In this document: in pieces, positions 1-8,754 of the stretch
Position numbering within the stretch: position 1 is the first letter of the stretch
Layout: the number at the start of each line of letters is the position of its first letter
The notes under the pieces: generated by a model
Database searches by the model: none
Told to the model about the DNA's origin: nothing
The model's input: only the letters and a program-made list of their open reading frames with translations
NCBI GenBank assembly: GCA_949292025.1
Contig: CASEYC010000097.1
Location: 24,342-88,341 of the forward strand
Direction: 5' to 3'
DNA length: 64,000 bases
Origin: an uncultured Bacteroides sp.
GTDB taxonomy: Bacteria; Bacteroidota; Bacteroidia; Bacteroidales; Bacteroidaceae
Program-made: the position numbers and the translations under genes

Positions 1-2
1 TG

Positions 3-599
3 ATGATGCCGGTCATGGACGGCAAGGAACTTTGTCGGCGGTTAAAGTCTGACAAACGGACGGCAAACATCCCCTTTGTCTTGCTCACGGCCCGCCAGTC
101 GGTGGAGATGAATGTGGAGGGACTGTCCGTCGGTGCGGATGATTATGTGACCAAGCCGTTCAATGTGGAAGTCCTGGTGTTGCGCATGCGCAAGTTGATC
201 GACCTGAGCCGGAAGGGCAAGCCCCGTGCACACATCGACCCGGAGCCCAGCGAGATAACCGTCACGTCGGTGGACGAGAAGCTGGTGGCCGACGCCATCG
301 CATACGTGGAGAAGAACATGGCCCGCAGCGATCTCTCGGTGGAGGAACTGAGCCGCGAGCTGGGTATGAGCCGGGCGCATCTGTACAAGAAGATTTCGCA
401 GATAACGGGGAAGACACCGATAGAATTCATCCGCATCATCCGCCTGAAGAGGGCGGCGCAATTGTTGCGCGAGAGCCAGCAGAATGTCTCGGAAATAGCC
501 TACCAGGTGGGCTTCAATAATCCCAAGTATTTCAGCCGCTATTTCAAGGAAGAATTCGGCGTTTTGCCGTCCGTCTACCAGGAAAAAGAGGGAAAATGA
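3..599 (+). CDS. Hybrid two-component system regulator, C-terminal part (receiver-domain tail + AraC-type HTH); 5' end outside window
   Basis: Frame open to the window edge. Receiver C-terminus (MPVMDG...ADDYVTKPF) is followed by an AraC/XylS signature (SEIAYQVGFNNPKYFSRYFKEEFG). Sits directly upstream of glycoside hydrolase genes, as PUL regulators do. Confidence 0.85.
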   Translation: MMPVMDGKELCRRLKSDKRTANIPFVLLTARQSVEMNVEGLSVGADDYVTKPFNVEVLVLRMRKLIDLSRKGKPRAHIDPEPSEITVTSVDEKLVADAIAYVEKNMARSDLSVEELSRELGMSRAHLYKKISQITGKTPIEFIRIIRLKRAAQLLRESQQNVSEIAYQVGFNNPKYFSRYFKEEFGVLPSVYQEKEGK

Positions 600-696
600 C
601 AAATGATACCCTTAAAAAAGACATACGGTCTACCTCTGGCATCAAAACATACCTGTCCTTTAGACAGGGAGGAACCCGGATTCCAGGGGAAATGCC

Positions 697-704
697 TACC
701 TTTA
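697..704 (+). promoter_or_regulatory. Near-consensus Bacteroidota -7 box (TACCTTTA)
   Basis: One mismatch to TAnnTTTG. Its position makes the ATG at 712 nearly leaderless and favours the ATG at 763. Confidence 0.3.
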
Positions 705-762
705 CATCCGGATGAAAGTCCCTTTGCTAAAGGATATAAATACCAATTTAATAATTAGCAAT

Positions 763-3648
763 ATGAATTTGAAAAGCACTTCAGTTTGTTTGTTTACCGG
801 CTTGTTGTTGGCCGCCTGCTCGGGTGCCGGCTATCAGCAGACCGAAAACGGAGTGGTTGTGACTGTCAACCAGGATCAACCGACGGACGCACGTAAGGTA
901 CGTGTGGAAGTAATGGGCGAGAAGCTGTTTCATGTATCAGCCACGCCCGAGAAACAGTTCTCGGAGGCACAGAGCCTCATCATTGTGCCCCAAACTCAGA
1001 AGCCCGATTTCACAGTGGCAGAGGAAGGGGATGACATTGTGGTAAAGACTGCACAAGTCAGCGCCCTCGTGTCCAAGGCGACAGGACAGGTCCGCTTTTT
1101 GGATGCACAAGGCAATCAGGTCTTGGCCGAAGACAGCCGCAGCTTCCAGCCCATTGAGGTGGAAGGGACAAAGGCTTACACCGTGCAACAAGTGTTCCAA
1201 TCCGCCGGCAATGACGAAGGTTGGTACGGACTGGGCCAGCACCAGGCCGATGAGTTCAACTACAAGGGCAAGAACGAGGAACTTTTCCAATATAATACAA
1301 AGGTGTCCGTCCCCTTCATCGTGTCCACCAAGAACTACGGTGTGCTGTGGGACAGCTACTCCCTCTGCCGCTTCGGCGACCCGCGCGATTATTCGCAGCT
1401 GGGCGACGTCTTCAAGCTGTATGACAAGGAGGGCAAGGAAGGTGCCCTGACCGGTACCTACGTGCCCGGCGACAAGGCTGCCCGGACGTTGGTGCGCCGC
1501 GAAGATTCCATTTACTTCGAACATTTGGTGCGCGCCGACTTGGCCAAGCGGAAGGAACGTGTGGTGAATCTGCCCGAAGGCTTCCCCTTCATGGGCTCGC
1601 ACGTGACGTATGAGGGCGAAATCGAGCCGTCCGAGAGCGGCCTCTTCCGCTTCATCCTCTACTATGCAGGCTATACGAAAGTTTACATCGACAACAAACT
1701 GGTGGTGCCCGAACGCTGGCGCACGGCCTGGAACCCCAACAGCTACAAGTTTGCCGTCAACCTGGAGGCCGGCAAGCGCGTGCCCGTCAAGATTGAGTGG
1801 AAGCCCGACGGCGGCGTTTCCTATTGCGGCCTGCGCGTGCTGACGCCCGTGCCCGACGAACAGCAACAGAAGATGTCCTGGTGGGGCGAGATGCAGAACG
1901 AGATAGACTATTACTTCGTGTATGGCGAAGACATGGACGACGTGGTCAGCGGTTACCGTGCCCTGACCGGCAAGGCCCAAGTGATGCCGAAGTGGGCGAT
2001 GGGCTACTGGCAGAGCCGCGAGAAGTATAACACGCAGGAGGAAGTGCTCTCCACACTGAAGGAGTTCCGCCAGCGCCAGATTCCTATTGACAACATCGTC
2101 ATCGACTGGCTGCACTGGCCGCAGGATTCCTGGGGTTGCCACGAGTTCGACCCCGAACGCTTCCCCAATCCCAAGCAGATGGTGGACGACATCCACGGCA
2201 TGAACGGCCGTCTGATGGTATCCGTATGGCCCAAGTTCTACACCAGCACTGAGCACTTCAAGGAATTTGCCGACAAGGGCTGGATGTACATGCAGTCCGT
2301 GGAGGACAGCCTGCACGACTGGGTAGGTCCCGGCTATACCTACGGCTTCTATGATGCTTACCAGCCTGAAGCCCGCAAGCTCTTCTGGAAGCAGATGCAG
2401 GACCACTACTATCCCCTTGGCGTGGATGCCTGGTGGATGGATGCCAGCGAACCGAACGTGCGCGACTGCACCGACATGCAATACCGCAAGGACCTCTGCG
2501 GGCCTACCGCCCTGGGGCCGTCTGCCCAATACTTCAACGCTTACGCCCTGATGAACGCCGAGGCCATCTATGACGGCCAGCGCGGTGTGGAGCCCGACAA
2601 GCGCGTCTTCCTGCTGACCCGTTCCGGCTTCGCAGGCCTGCAACGCTATTCCACGGCTACATGGAGCGGCGACATCGCCACCCGTTGGGAAGACATGAAA
2701 GCCCAGATTTCCGCCGGCCTGAATTTTGCTGTCAGCGGCATTCCTTACTGGACGATGGACATCGGCGGCTTCTGTGTGGAGAACCGCTACGTGGCCGGAC
2801 AGCAAGAGTTCAACAAGACGGGCCGCGAGAACGCCGACTACAAGGAATGGCGTGAGCTGAACACCCGTTGGTACCAGTTCGGCGCGTTCTGTCCGCTGTT
2901 CCGTGCGCACGGCCAGTATCCTTACCGCGAAGTGTGGCACATTGCCCCGAAGGGACACCCCTGCTACAACTCCATCGTCTACTACACGAAGCTGCGCTAC
3001 AACATGATGCCTTACATCTATTCGATGGCCGGCATGACGCACTTCCAGGATTATACCATCATGCGCCCGCTGGTGATGGACTTCACCGCCGACCAGCAGA
3101 CCTACAACATCGGCGACCAGTTCATGTTCGGCCCCGCCCTGATGGTGGCTCCTGTCTACGAGTACGGTGCCCGCAAGCGCGAACTGTACTTCCCCGCCGG
3201 ATGCGGTTGGTATGACTTCTATACCGGCAAGCACATCGACGGTGGCCAGCAGCTGACCGTGGATGCTCCCTACGAGCGCATCCCGCTCTATGTACGCGAG
3301 GGCGCCATCATCCCCTTCGGCCCGGACATGCAGTACAGCGACGAGAAGCCGGCCGAGGTCATCAACCTCTACGTCTACACCGGACAAGACGGCACGTTCA
3401 CCCTCTACGAGGACGAAGGCACCAACTACAACTACGAGAAGGGCCAGTATGCCATGATACCTTTCACCTACAACGAGGCTGAAGGCACACTGACCATCGG
3501 CGACCGCGAGGGCGAGTTCCCCGGAATGCTGAAGGAACGTACCTTCAACGTGGTGAAGGTCGGCAAGGACAAGGCACAGCCTTTCAACCTGAACGCAAAG
3601 GGACAAGTCGTCAAGTATGACGGCAAGGCCCAGACTGTGAAACTCTGA
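763..3648 (+). CDS. GH31 alpha-xylosidase-type glycoside hydrolase with PA14-like insert (lipoprotein)
   Basis: Lipobox MNLKSTSVCLFTGLLLAAC at the 763 start. GH31 motifs GVDAWWMDASEPN and RSGFAGLQRYSTATWSGDI. N-terminal insert (GTYVPG...YAGYTKVYIDNKLV...IEWKPDGG) resembles the PA14 domain known in xyloglucan alpha-xylosidases. Confidence 0.85.
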   Translation: MNLKSTSVCLFTGLLLAACSGAGYQQTENGVVVTVNQDQPTDARKVRVEVMGEKLFHVSATPEKQFSEAQSLIIVPQTQKPDFTVAEEGDDIVVKTAQVSALVSKATGQVRFLDAQGNQVLAEDSRSFQPIEVEGTKAYTVQQVFQSAGNDEGWYGLGQHQADEFNYKGKNEELFQYNTKVSVPFIVSTKNYGVLWDSYSLCRFGDPRDYSQLGDVFKLYDKEGKEGALTGTYVPGDKAARTLVRREDSIYFEHLVRADLAKRKERVVNLPEGFPFMGSHVTYEGEIEPSESGLFRFILYYAGYTKVYIDNKLVVPERWRTAWNPNSYKFAVNLEAGKRVPVKIEWKPDGGVSYCGLRVLTPVPDEQQQKMSWWGEMQNEIDYYFVYGEDMDDVVSGYRALTGKAQVMPKWAMGYWQSREKYNTQEEVLSTLKEFRQRQIPIDNIVIDWLHWPQDSWGCHEFDPERFPNPKQMVDDIHGMNGRLMVSVWPKFYTSTEHFKEFADKGWMYMQSVEDSLHDWVGPGYTYGFYDAYQPEARKLFWKQMQDHYYPLGVDAWWMDASEPNVRDCTDMQYRKDLCGPTALGPSAQYFNAYALMNAEAIYDGQRGVEPDKRVFLLTRSGFAGLQRYSTATWSGDIATRWEDMKAQISAGLNFAVSGIPYWTMDIGGFCVENRYVAGQQEFNKTGRENADYKEWRELNTRWYQFGAFCPLFRAHGQYPYREVWHIAPKGHPCYNSIVYYTKLRYNMMPYIYSMAGMTHFQDYTIMRPLVMDFTADQQTYNIGDQFMFGPALMVAPVYEYGARKRELYFPAGCGWYDFYTGKHIDGGQQLTVDAPYERIPLYVREGAIIPFGPDMQYSDEKPAEVINLYVYTGQDGTFTLYEDEGTNYNYEKGQYAMIPFTYNEAEGTLTIGDREGEFPGMLKERTFNVVKVGKDKAQPFNLNAKGQVVKYDGKAQTVKL

Positions 3649-3666
3649 TGAAAACAGCTTGAGTTT

Positions 3667-3739
3667 AGGCGCGGATTGCGCGGATTCCACGGATAGATGA
3701 ACTAACCTGCGTAAATCCGCGAAATCCGCGCCTTTTTTA
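3667..3739 (+). terminator. Long GC-rich inverted repeat plus T6 tract; member of the AGGCGCGGATT repeat family
   Basis: aggcgcggattgcgcggatt (3667-) pairs with aatccgcgaaatccgcgcct (-3733), followed by tttttt. Lies 19 nt after the GH31 stop. Confidence 0.6.
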
Positions 3740-3759
3740 ATTAAGAACATTCTCCAATT

Positions 3760-6282
3760 ATGAAATCTCTCCTCACTTTATCTCTCTCCTGCCTGCTGTT
3801 GGCCGGAATGGCGGCTTGCACCCCGTCTCCCGACAAGGCGGCCCACACACGCAGCCAGGACTTCACCGCCGACTGGACATTCCGCCTGGCGGACGACACC
3901 GCTGCCGCGCAGCCCGCTTACGATGATTCCGGCTGGCGACGCTTGAACCTTCCTCATGACTGGGCCATCGAAGGCGACTTCAGCCAGGACAATCCCTCCG
4001 GCACGGGAGGCGGCGCCCTGCCCGGCGGCATCGGCTGGTATCGCAAGACTTTCACCGTGGACAAGGCCGACGAGGGCAAACGATTCTACATCGACTTCGA
4101 CGGCGTCTACATGAACTCCACCGTCTACATCAACGGCCACAAGCTGGGCACGCGCCCCTACGGCTACATCTCCTTCCGCTACGACCTGACGCCCTACCTC
4201 AACTGGGGCGGCGAGAACGTGGTGGCCGTCCGCGTGGACAATGCCGAACAGCCCAATTCCCGCTGGTATTCCGGCTGTGGCATCTACCGCAACGTCTGGC
4301 TCACCAAACTTAATCCCGTACATGTGGCCCAATGGGGTACCTACGTCACAGCAGACAATGTGTCCGAAGAAGGTGCCCGCCTGACGGTGCGCACCACCGT
4401 GGAGAACACGCAGGACGCGCCCGCCACGTTGGAACTCCGCACCGAACTGCTGGATGCCCAGGGCAAGACGGTGGTTGCTGCCGACCCTGTTCCCGTGACT
4501 GCCGCTGCCGACACCCTGACCGAGACCGCCCAGCAGATGGATGTCCCCTCGCCCGAACTGTGGAGCGTGGAGCACCCTTATCTCTATGACGTCCGGACCA
4601 CCCTGTTGGCCGATGGTCAAGTGGTGGATACCTACGTCACTCCTTTCGGCTTCCGCTACTTCAGTTTCGATGCGCAGAAAGGCTTCAGCCTGAACGGGCA
4701 GCCGATGAAAATCAACGGCGTCTGCATGCATCACGACCTGGGTTGCCTGGGTGCCGCCGTCAATGTCCGTGCTTTGGAGCGTCAGCTGGAAATTCTGAAG
4801 GAGATGGGTTGCAACGGCATCCGTTGCTCGCACAATCCGCCCGCACCGGAATTGCTGGACCTCTGCGACCGCATGGGTTTCATCGTGATGGACGAGACCT
4901 TCGACATGTGGCGCAAGAAGAAGACCGCGCACGATTATTCCCGCTACTTCAACGAGTGGCACGAGCGCGACCTGACCGATCTCGTGATGCGCGACCGCAA
5001 CCATCCCTCCATCTTTATGTGGAGCATCGGCAACGAGGTGCTGGAACAGTGGAGCGACGCCAAAGCCGACACCCTCAGCCTGGCCGAAGCCAACCTCATC
5101 CTGAACTTCGGCCACAGCGCCGACATGCTGGCCAAGGAAGGCGGGGAAATGTCCGTCAACTCCCTGCTGACCCAGAAACTGGCCGACATGACCCGTGCCC
5201 TCGACCCCACGCGCCCCGTCACCGCCGGGTGCAACGAGCCGAATCCCGGCAACCACCTGTTCCGTTCGGGAGCCTTGGACCTCATCGGCTTCAACTACCA
5301 CGACGACTGGTTTGCCGGTGTGCCGAAGAACTTCCCTGGCAAGCCTTTCATCATCACGGAGAGCATTTCCGCCCTGATGACGCGCGGATATTACCGGATG
5401 CCCAGCGATTCGATGTATGTCTGGCCTTCGCGCTGGGACGTGCCTTTCTATGATGAATCCTTCTCGTGCTCGTCCTATGACAACTGCCATGTGCCTTGGG
5501 GCAATACCCATGAAGGCACGTTGCGCCACGTGAAGAACAACGACTTCATTTCCGGACAGTACATTTGGACCGGCTTCGACTACATCGGCGAACCTACACC
5601 TTACGGTTGGCCCGCCCGCAGCTCCTACTTCGGTGTCATTGACTTGGCCGGATTCCCCAAAGACGTATATTACCTGTACCAGAGCGAGTGGCGTCCCGAC
5701 AAGACCGTGTTGCACCTCTTCCCCCACTGGAACTGGAAGGACGGGCAGGAGATAGACCTTTGGGCCTACTACAACAACGCCGACGAGGTAGAGCTCTTCA
5801 TCAATGGGCAGTCCCAGGGTGTGCGCAGCAAGGGGGAGGACGACTTCCACGTCTGCTGGCGCGTCATCTTCCAGCCCGGCACGGTGAAGGCTGTGTCGCG
5901 CCGGGATGGCCAAGTGGTGGCCGAGCAGGAAATCCATACTGCCGGCGAACCCGCCCAAATCCGCCTGACGCCGGACCGCACGTCCATCCAGGCCGATGGC
6001 CGCGACCTGAGCTTCGTCACCGTTGAAATCCTCGACAAGGACGGCAATCTCTGTCCGTGGGCCGAGAACGACGTGACCTTTGACGTGCAGGGCGCAGGCT
6101 TCATTGCCGGCGTGGACAACGGCAGTCCCGTCTCGATGGAACGCTTCAAGGCCAATCACCGCAAAGCCTTCTACGGCAAGTGCCTCGTGGTGATACAGAA
6201 CAACGGCGAGGACGGCGCCATCAGCCTGAAGGCCACCGCCGACGGGTTGCAAGAAGCCGCCGCCACATTGAACGCTGATTGA
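3760..6282 (+). CDS. GH2 beta-galactosidase-type glycoside hydrolase (lipoprotein)
   Basis: Lipobox LLLAGMAAC. GH2 motifs DFDGVYMNSTVYINGH, RCSHNPP and NHPSIFMWSIGNEV. 840 aa with Ig-like C-terminal domains. Confidence 0.85.
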   Translation: MKSLLTLSLSCLLLAGMAACTPSPDKAAHTRSQDFTADWTFRLADDTAAAQPAYDDSGWRRLNLPHDWAIEGDFSQDNPSGTGGGALPGGIGWYRKTFTVDKADEGKRFYIDFDGVYMNSTVYINGHKLGTRPYGYISFRYDLTPYLNWGGENVVAVRVDNAEQPNSRWYSGCGIYRNVWLTKLNPVHVAQWGTYVTADNVSEEGARLTVRTTVENTQDAPATLELRTELLDAQGKTVVAADPVPVTAAADTLTETAQQMDVPSPELWSVEHPYLYDVRTTLLADGQVVDTYVTPFGFRYFSFDAQKGFSLNGQPMKINGVCMHHDLGCLGAAVNVRALERQLEILKEMGCNGIRCSHNPPAPELLDLCDRMGFIVMDETFDMWRKKKTAHDYSRYFNEWHERDLTDLVMRDRNHPSIFMWSIGNEVLEQWSDAKADTLSLAEANLILNFGHSADMLAKEGGEMSVNSLLTQKLADMTRALDPTRPVTAGCNEPNPGNHLFRSGALDLIGFNYHDDWFAGVPKNFPGKPFIITESISALMTRGYYRMPSDSMYVWPSRWDVPFYDESFSCSSYDNCHVPWGNTHEGTLRHVKNNDFISGQYIWTGFDYIGEPTPYGWPARSSYFGVIDLAGFPKDVYYLYQSEWRPDKTVLHLFPHWNWKDGQEIDLWAYYNNADEVELFINGQSQGVRSKGEDDFHVCWRVIFQPGTVKAVSRRDGQVVAEQEIHTAGEPAQIRLTPDRTSIQADGRDLSFVTVEILDKDGNLCPWAENDVTFDVQGAGFIAGVDNGSPVSMERFKANHRKAFYGKCLVVIQNNGEDGAISLKATADGLQEAAATLNAD

Positions 6283-6304
6283 ACGCCTGTATCCGGCGTT
6301 TGGG

Positions 6305-6395
6305 ACAGGTATACCTGCGTCCGCACTTACCCGTACCTGCGCCCGTGCTTACCCGTACCTGCGCCCGCGCTTACCCGTACCTGCGCCTGAACGCT
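6305..6395. repeat. Tandem array, 22-bp period, about 4 units (GTACCTGCGCCCGTGCTTACCC family)
   Basis: tacctgcg recurs at 6312, 6334, 6356 and 6378. Lies in the GH2-GH3 intergenic region. Confidence 0.9.
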
Positions 6396-6443
6396 GGATA
6401 TGAGCTGATTAGAAGAACATATTAATCGTAACATAAAATCAAT

Positions 6444-8663
6444 ATGAGAAACAAACTCTTTACCACCGTTGCCTGCGCCGCGTTGTTGGCCACAGGCAGC
6501 CTGTCGGCTCAGACGCCGATTTATTTGGATGATACGAAACCCATCGAAGAGCGTGTGCAGGATGCCCTGGGCCGCATGACGTTGGAGGAGAAAGTGGCCC
6601 TTTGCCATGCTTACGGCAAGTTTGCCAGTGCCGGCGTGCCCCGCCTCGGCATTCCCGAGCTGTGGTGGAGCGACGGCCCCCACGGCGTGCGTGCCGAAAT
6701 CAATTGGAACGACTGGGGGTATTCTTACCAGACCAACGATAGTATCACGGCTTTCCCCGCCCTGACCTGCCTGGCCGCCACGTGGAATCCCGAAATGTCC
6801 GCCAAGTATGGCAAGGCCATCGGCGAGGAAGCCGTCTACCGCGAGAAGGACGTGCTGCTCGGTCCCGGTGTCAACATCTACCGTACCCCGCTGAACGGCC
6901 GCAACTTTGAGTACATGGGCGAAGACCCCTACCTGGCCAGCGTGATGTGCGTGCCCTACATCCAGGAAGTGCAGAAGAACGGCGTGGCCGTCAGCGTGAA
7001 GCACTATGCCCTGAACAACCAGGAGTTGTGGCGCGGACATATCGATGTGCAGGCCAGCGACCGTGCCCTCTACGAACTTTACCTGCCCGCCTTCAAGGCC
7101 GCTGTGCAGCAGGGTGGCGCTTGGACCATCATGGGTGCTTACAACCAGTTCCGCGGACAGCACTGCTGCCACCACGAACTGCTGTTGAAGAAAATCCTGA
7201 AGGGCGACTGGGGCTTTGATGGCGTGGTTGTCACCGACTGGGGTGGCGCGCACGACACCTACGAGGCCGCCGTCAACGGGCTGGATGTGGAGATGGGTTC
7301 GTACACCAACGGCCTGACCTCGGAAAGCGCCTTCGGCTACAATGATTACTACCTGGCCGACCCCTACCTGAAGATGCTGAAGGAAGGCAAGGTGCCCCTG
7401 TCCACCGTCGATGACAAGGCCACGCGCATCCTGCGCCTCATCTTCCGCACGGCCATGAACCGCCACAAGCCTTACGGCTCCATCTGCACCGACGAGCACT
7501 ATGCCGCTGCCCGCGAGATTGGCAACGAAGGCATTGTCCTGCTGAAGAATGCCCCGGTGGCGAAGAAAGGCAATCCCCTGTTGCCCATCGACGCTTCCCG
7601 GTATGAAAGCATCCTCGTGGTGGGCGACAACGCCGTGCGTCTGCTGAACGAAGGCGGCGGCTCTTCCGAACTGAAGGTGAAGGACATGGTGTCCCCGCTG
7701 GATGGCCTGCGCGAGCTTTACGGCGACAAGGTGCGCTATGCCCACGGTTATACGGCCGGACGCCCCATGTATGGACGTGTTGATGAGATTCCGCAGGCTG
7801 TGGTCGATTCCCTCCGTGCCGAGGCCGTGGCCATGGCCCGCGAGTCCGACCTGGTCATCGTGGTAGGCGGCTTGAACAAGAACCACCAGCAAGACTGCGA
7901 GGGTGGCGACCGCTTGGAGTATGGCCTGCCTTTCGGCCAAGACGAGCTGATAGAAGAGATACAGGCTGTCAATCCCAACGTGGTGTTGGTGCTCCTCACC
8001 GGCAATGCCGTGGAGATGCCTTGGCTTGACAGGGTGCCTGCCATCGTGCAGGGTTGGTATCTTGGTTCCATGGGTGGCAAGTCCCTAGCCGACGTGATGA
8101 GCGGTGCGGTTTGCCCCAGTGGCAAGTTGCCCTTCTCCTTCCCCGCCAAGCTGACGGACTGTGCCGCACACGCCTTTGACCGCATGGCCTATCCCGGTGA
8201 CAGCATCAAGGAGGAATACAAGGAAGACATCCTCGTGGGCTATCGTTGGCACGACACGAAGAAGATTCCCGCCCTCTTCCCCTTCGGTCACGGCTTGAGC
8301 TACACCACCTTCGAGTATGGCAAGCCCGTCCTCTCTGCTAAGAAGATGGAGCCTGACGGCAAGCTGACCCTTACCGTTTCCGTGAAGAACACGGGCAGCG
8401 TGGCCGGCAAGGAAATCGTGCAGCTCTACGTAGGCGACGAGAAGTGCAGCGTGCTCCGTCCGCAGAAGGAGTTGAAGCACTTCGACAAGATCCTGCTCCA
8501 GCCGGGCGAGGAGAAGACCGTTTCCTTCACCATCACGCCCGAAGACCTCCAGTTCTATGACGACAAGGCCGGGCAGTGGACCGCCGAGCCGGGCAAGTTC
8601 AAACTCTATGTCGGCTCGTCGTCCACGGACATCCGCGGCACGGCGGCGTTCGAGCTGATGTAA
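6444..8663 (+). CDS. GH3 beta-glucosidase-type glycoside hydrolase (secreted)
   Basis: Signal peptide ends ...GSLSAQ. GH3 motifs KHYALNNQE and GFDGVVVTDWGG. C-terminal fibronectin-like domain (KELKHFDKILLQPGEEKTVSF). Confidence 0.9.
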   Translation: MRNKLFTTVACAALLATGSLSAQTPIYLDDTKPIEERVQDALGRMTLEEKVALCHAYGKFASAGVPRLGIPELWWSDGPHGVRAEINWNDWGYSYQTNDSITAFPALTCLAATWNPEMSAKYGKAIGEEAVYREKDVLLGPGVNIYRTPLNGRNFEYMGEDPYLASVMCVPYIQEVQKNGVAVSVKHYALNNQELWRGHIDVQASDRALYELYLPAFKAAVQQGGAWTIMGAYNQFRGQHCCHHELLLKKILKGDWGFDGVVVTDWGGAHDTYEAAVNGLDVEMGSYTNGLTSESAFGYNDYYLADPYLKMLKEGKVPLSTVDDKATRILRLIFRTAMNRHKPYGSICTDEHYAAAREIGNEGIVLLKNAPVAKKGNPLLPIDASRYESILVVGDNAVRLLNEGGGSSELKVKDMVSPLDGLRELYGDKVRYAHGYTAGRPMYGRVDEIPQAVVDSLRAEAVAMARESDLVIVVGGLNKNHQQDCEGGDRLEYGLPFGQDELIEEIQAVNPNVVLVLLTGNAVEMPWLDRVPAIVQGWYLGSMGGKSLADVMSGAVCPSGKLPFSFPAKLTDCAAHAFDRMAYPGDSIKEEYKEDILVGYRWHDTKKIPALFPFGHGLSYTTFEYGKPVLSAKKMEPDGKLTLTVSVKNTGSVAGKEIVQLYVGDEKCSVLRPQKELKHFDKILLQPGEEKTVSFTITPEDLQFYDDKAGQWTAEPGKFKLYVGSSSTDIRGTAAFELM

Positions 8664-8697
8664 TACATCTGTTTTATTTCAATACTCTCTCTTGTTG

Positions 8698-8720
8698 GGG
8701 GCGACCGCAAGGGTCGCCCC
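8698..8720 (+). terminator. GC-rich hairpin after the GH3 gene
   Basis: ggggcgacc / ggtcgcccc 9-bp stem with 5-nt loop, followed by a T-rich stretch (tacctgttttcc). Confidence 0.5.
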
Positions 8721-8735
8721 TACCTGTTTTCCCTT

Positions 8736-8743
8736 TAATTTTG
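8736..8743 (+). promoter_or_regulatory. Bacteroidota -7 box TAATTTTG
   Basis: Exact TAnnTTTG match 12 nt upstream of the ATG at 8755. Confidence 0.4.
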
Positions 8744-8754
8744 TACACCTGTTT

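Noticed and set aside
712-762. Longer start for the GH31 gene
   Set aside because: The ATG at 712 lies only 8 nt after a -7-like box and adds 17 residues in front of an otherwise perfect lipoprotein signal peptide that starts at 763.
937-3750. 937-aa minus-strand ORF antisense to the GH31 gene
   Set aside because: It is a shadow ORF typical of GC-rich coding DNA. The translation is low-complexity (Ala/Gly/Val/His-rich) with no domain motifs, whereas the plus-strand frame carries clear GH31 signatures.
3778-6252. 824-aa minus-strand ORF antisense to the GH2 gene
   Set aside because: Same reasoning: an antisense shadow of a well-supported gene.
6305-6395. 22-bp tandem arrays considered as CRISPR arrays
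   Set aside because: The units are directly adjacent with no unique spacers, the arrays have only 3-4 units, and no cas genes or leader are present.
8692-8754. Longer start for the GH95 gene
   Set aside because: It would translate the terminator-like hairpin and the -7 box. The ATG at 8755 gives a normal signal peptide.
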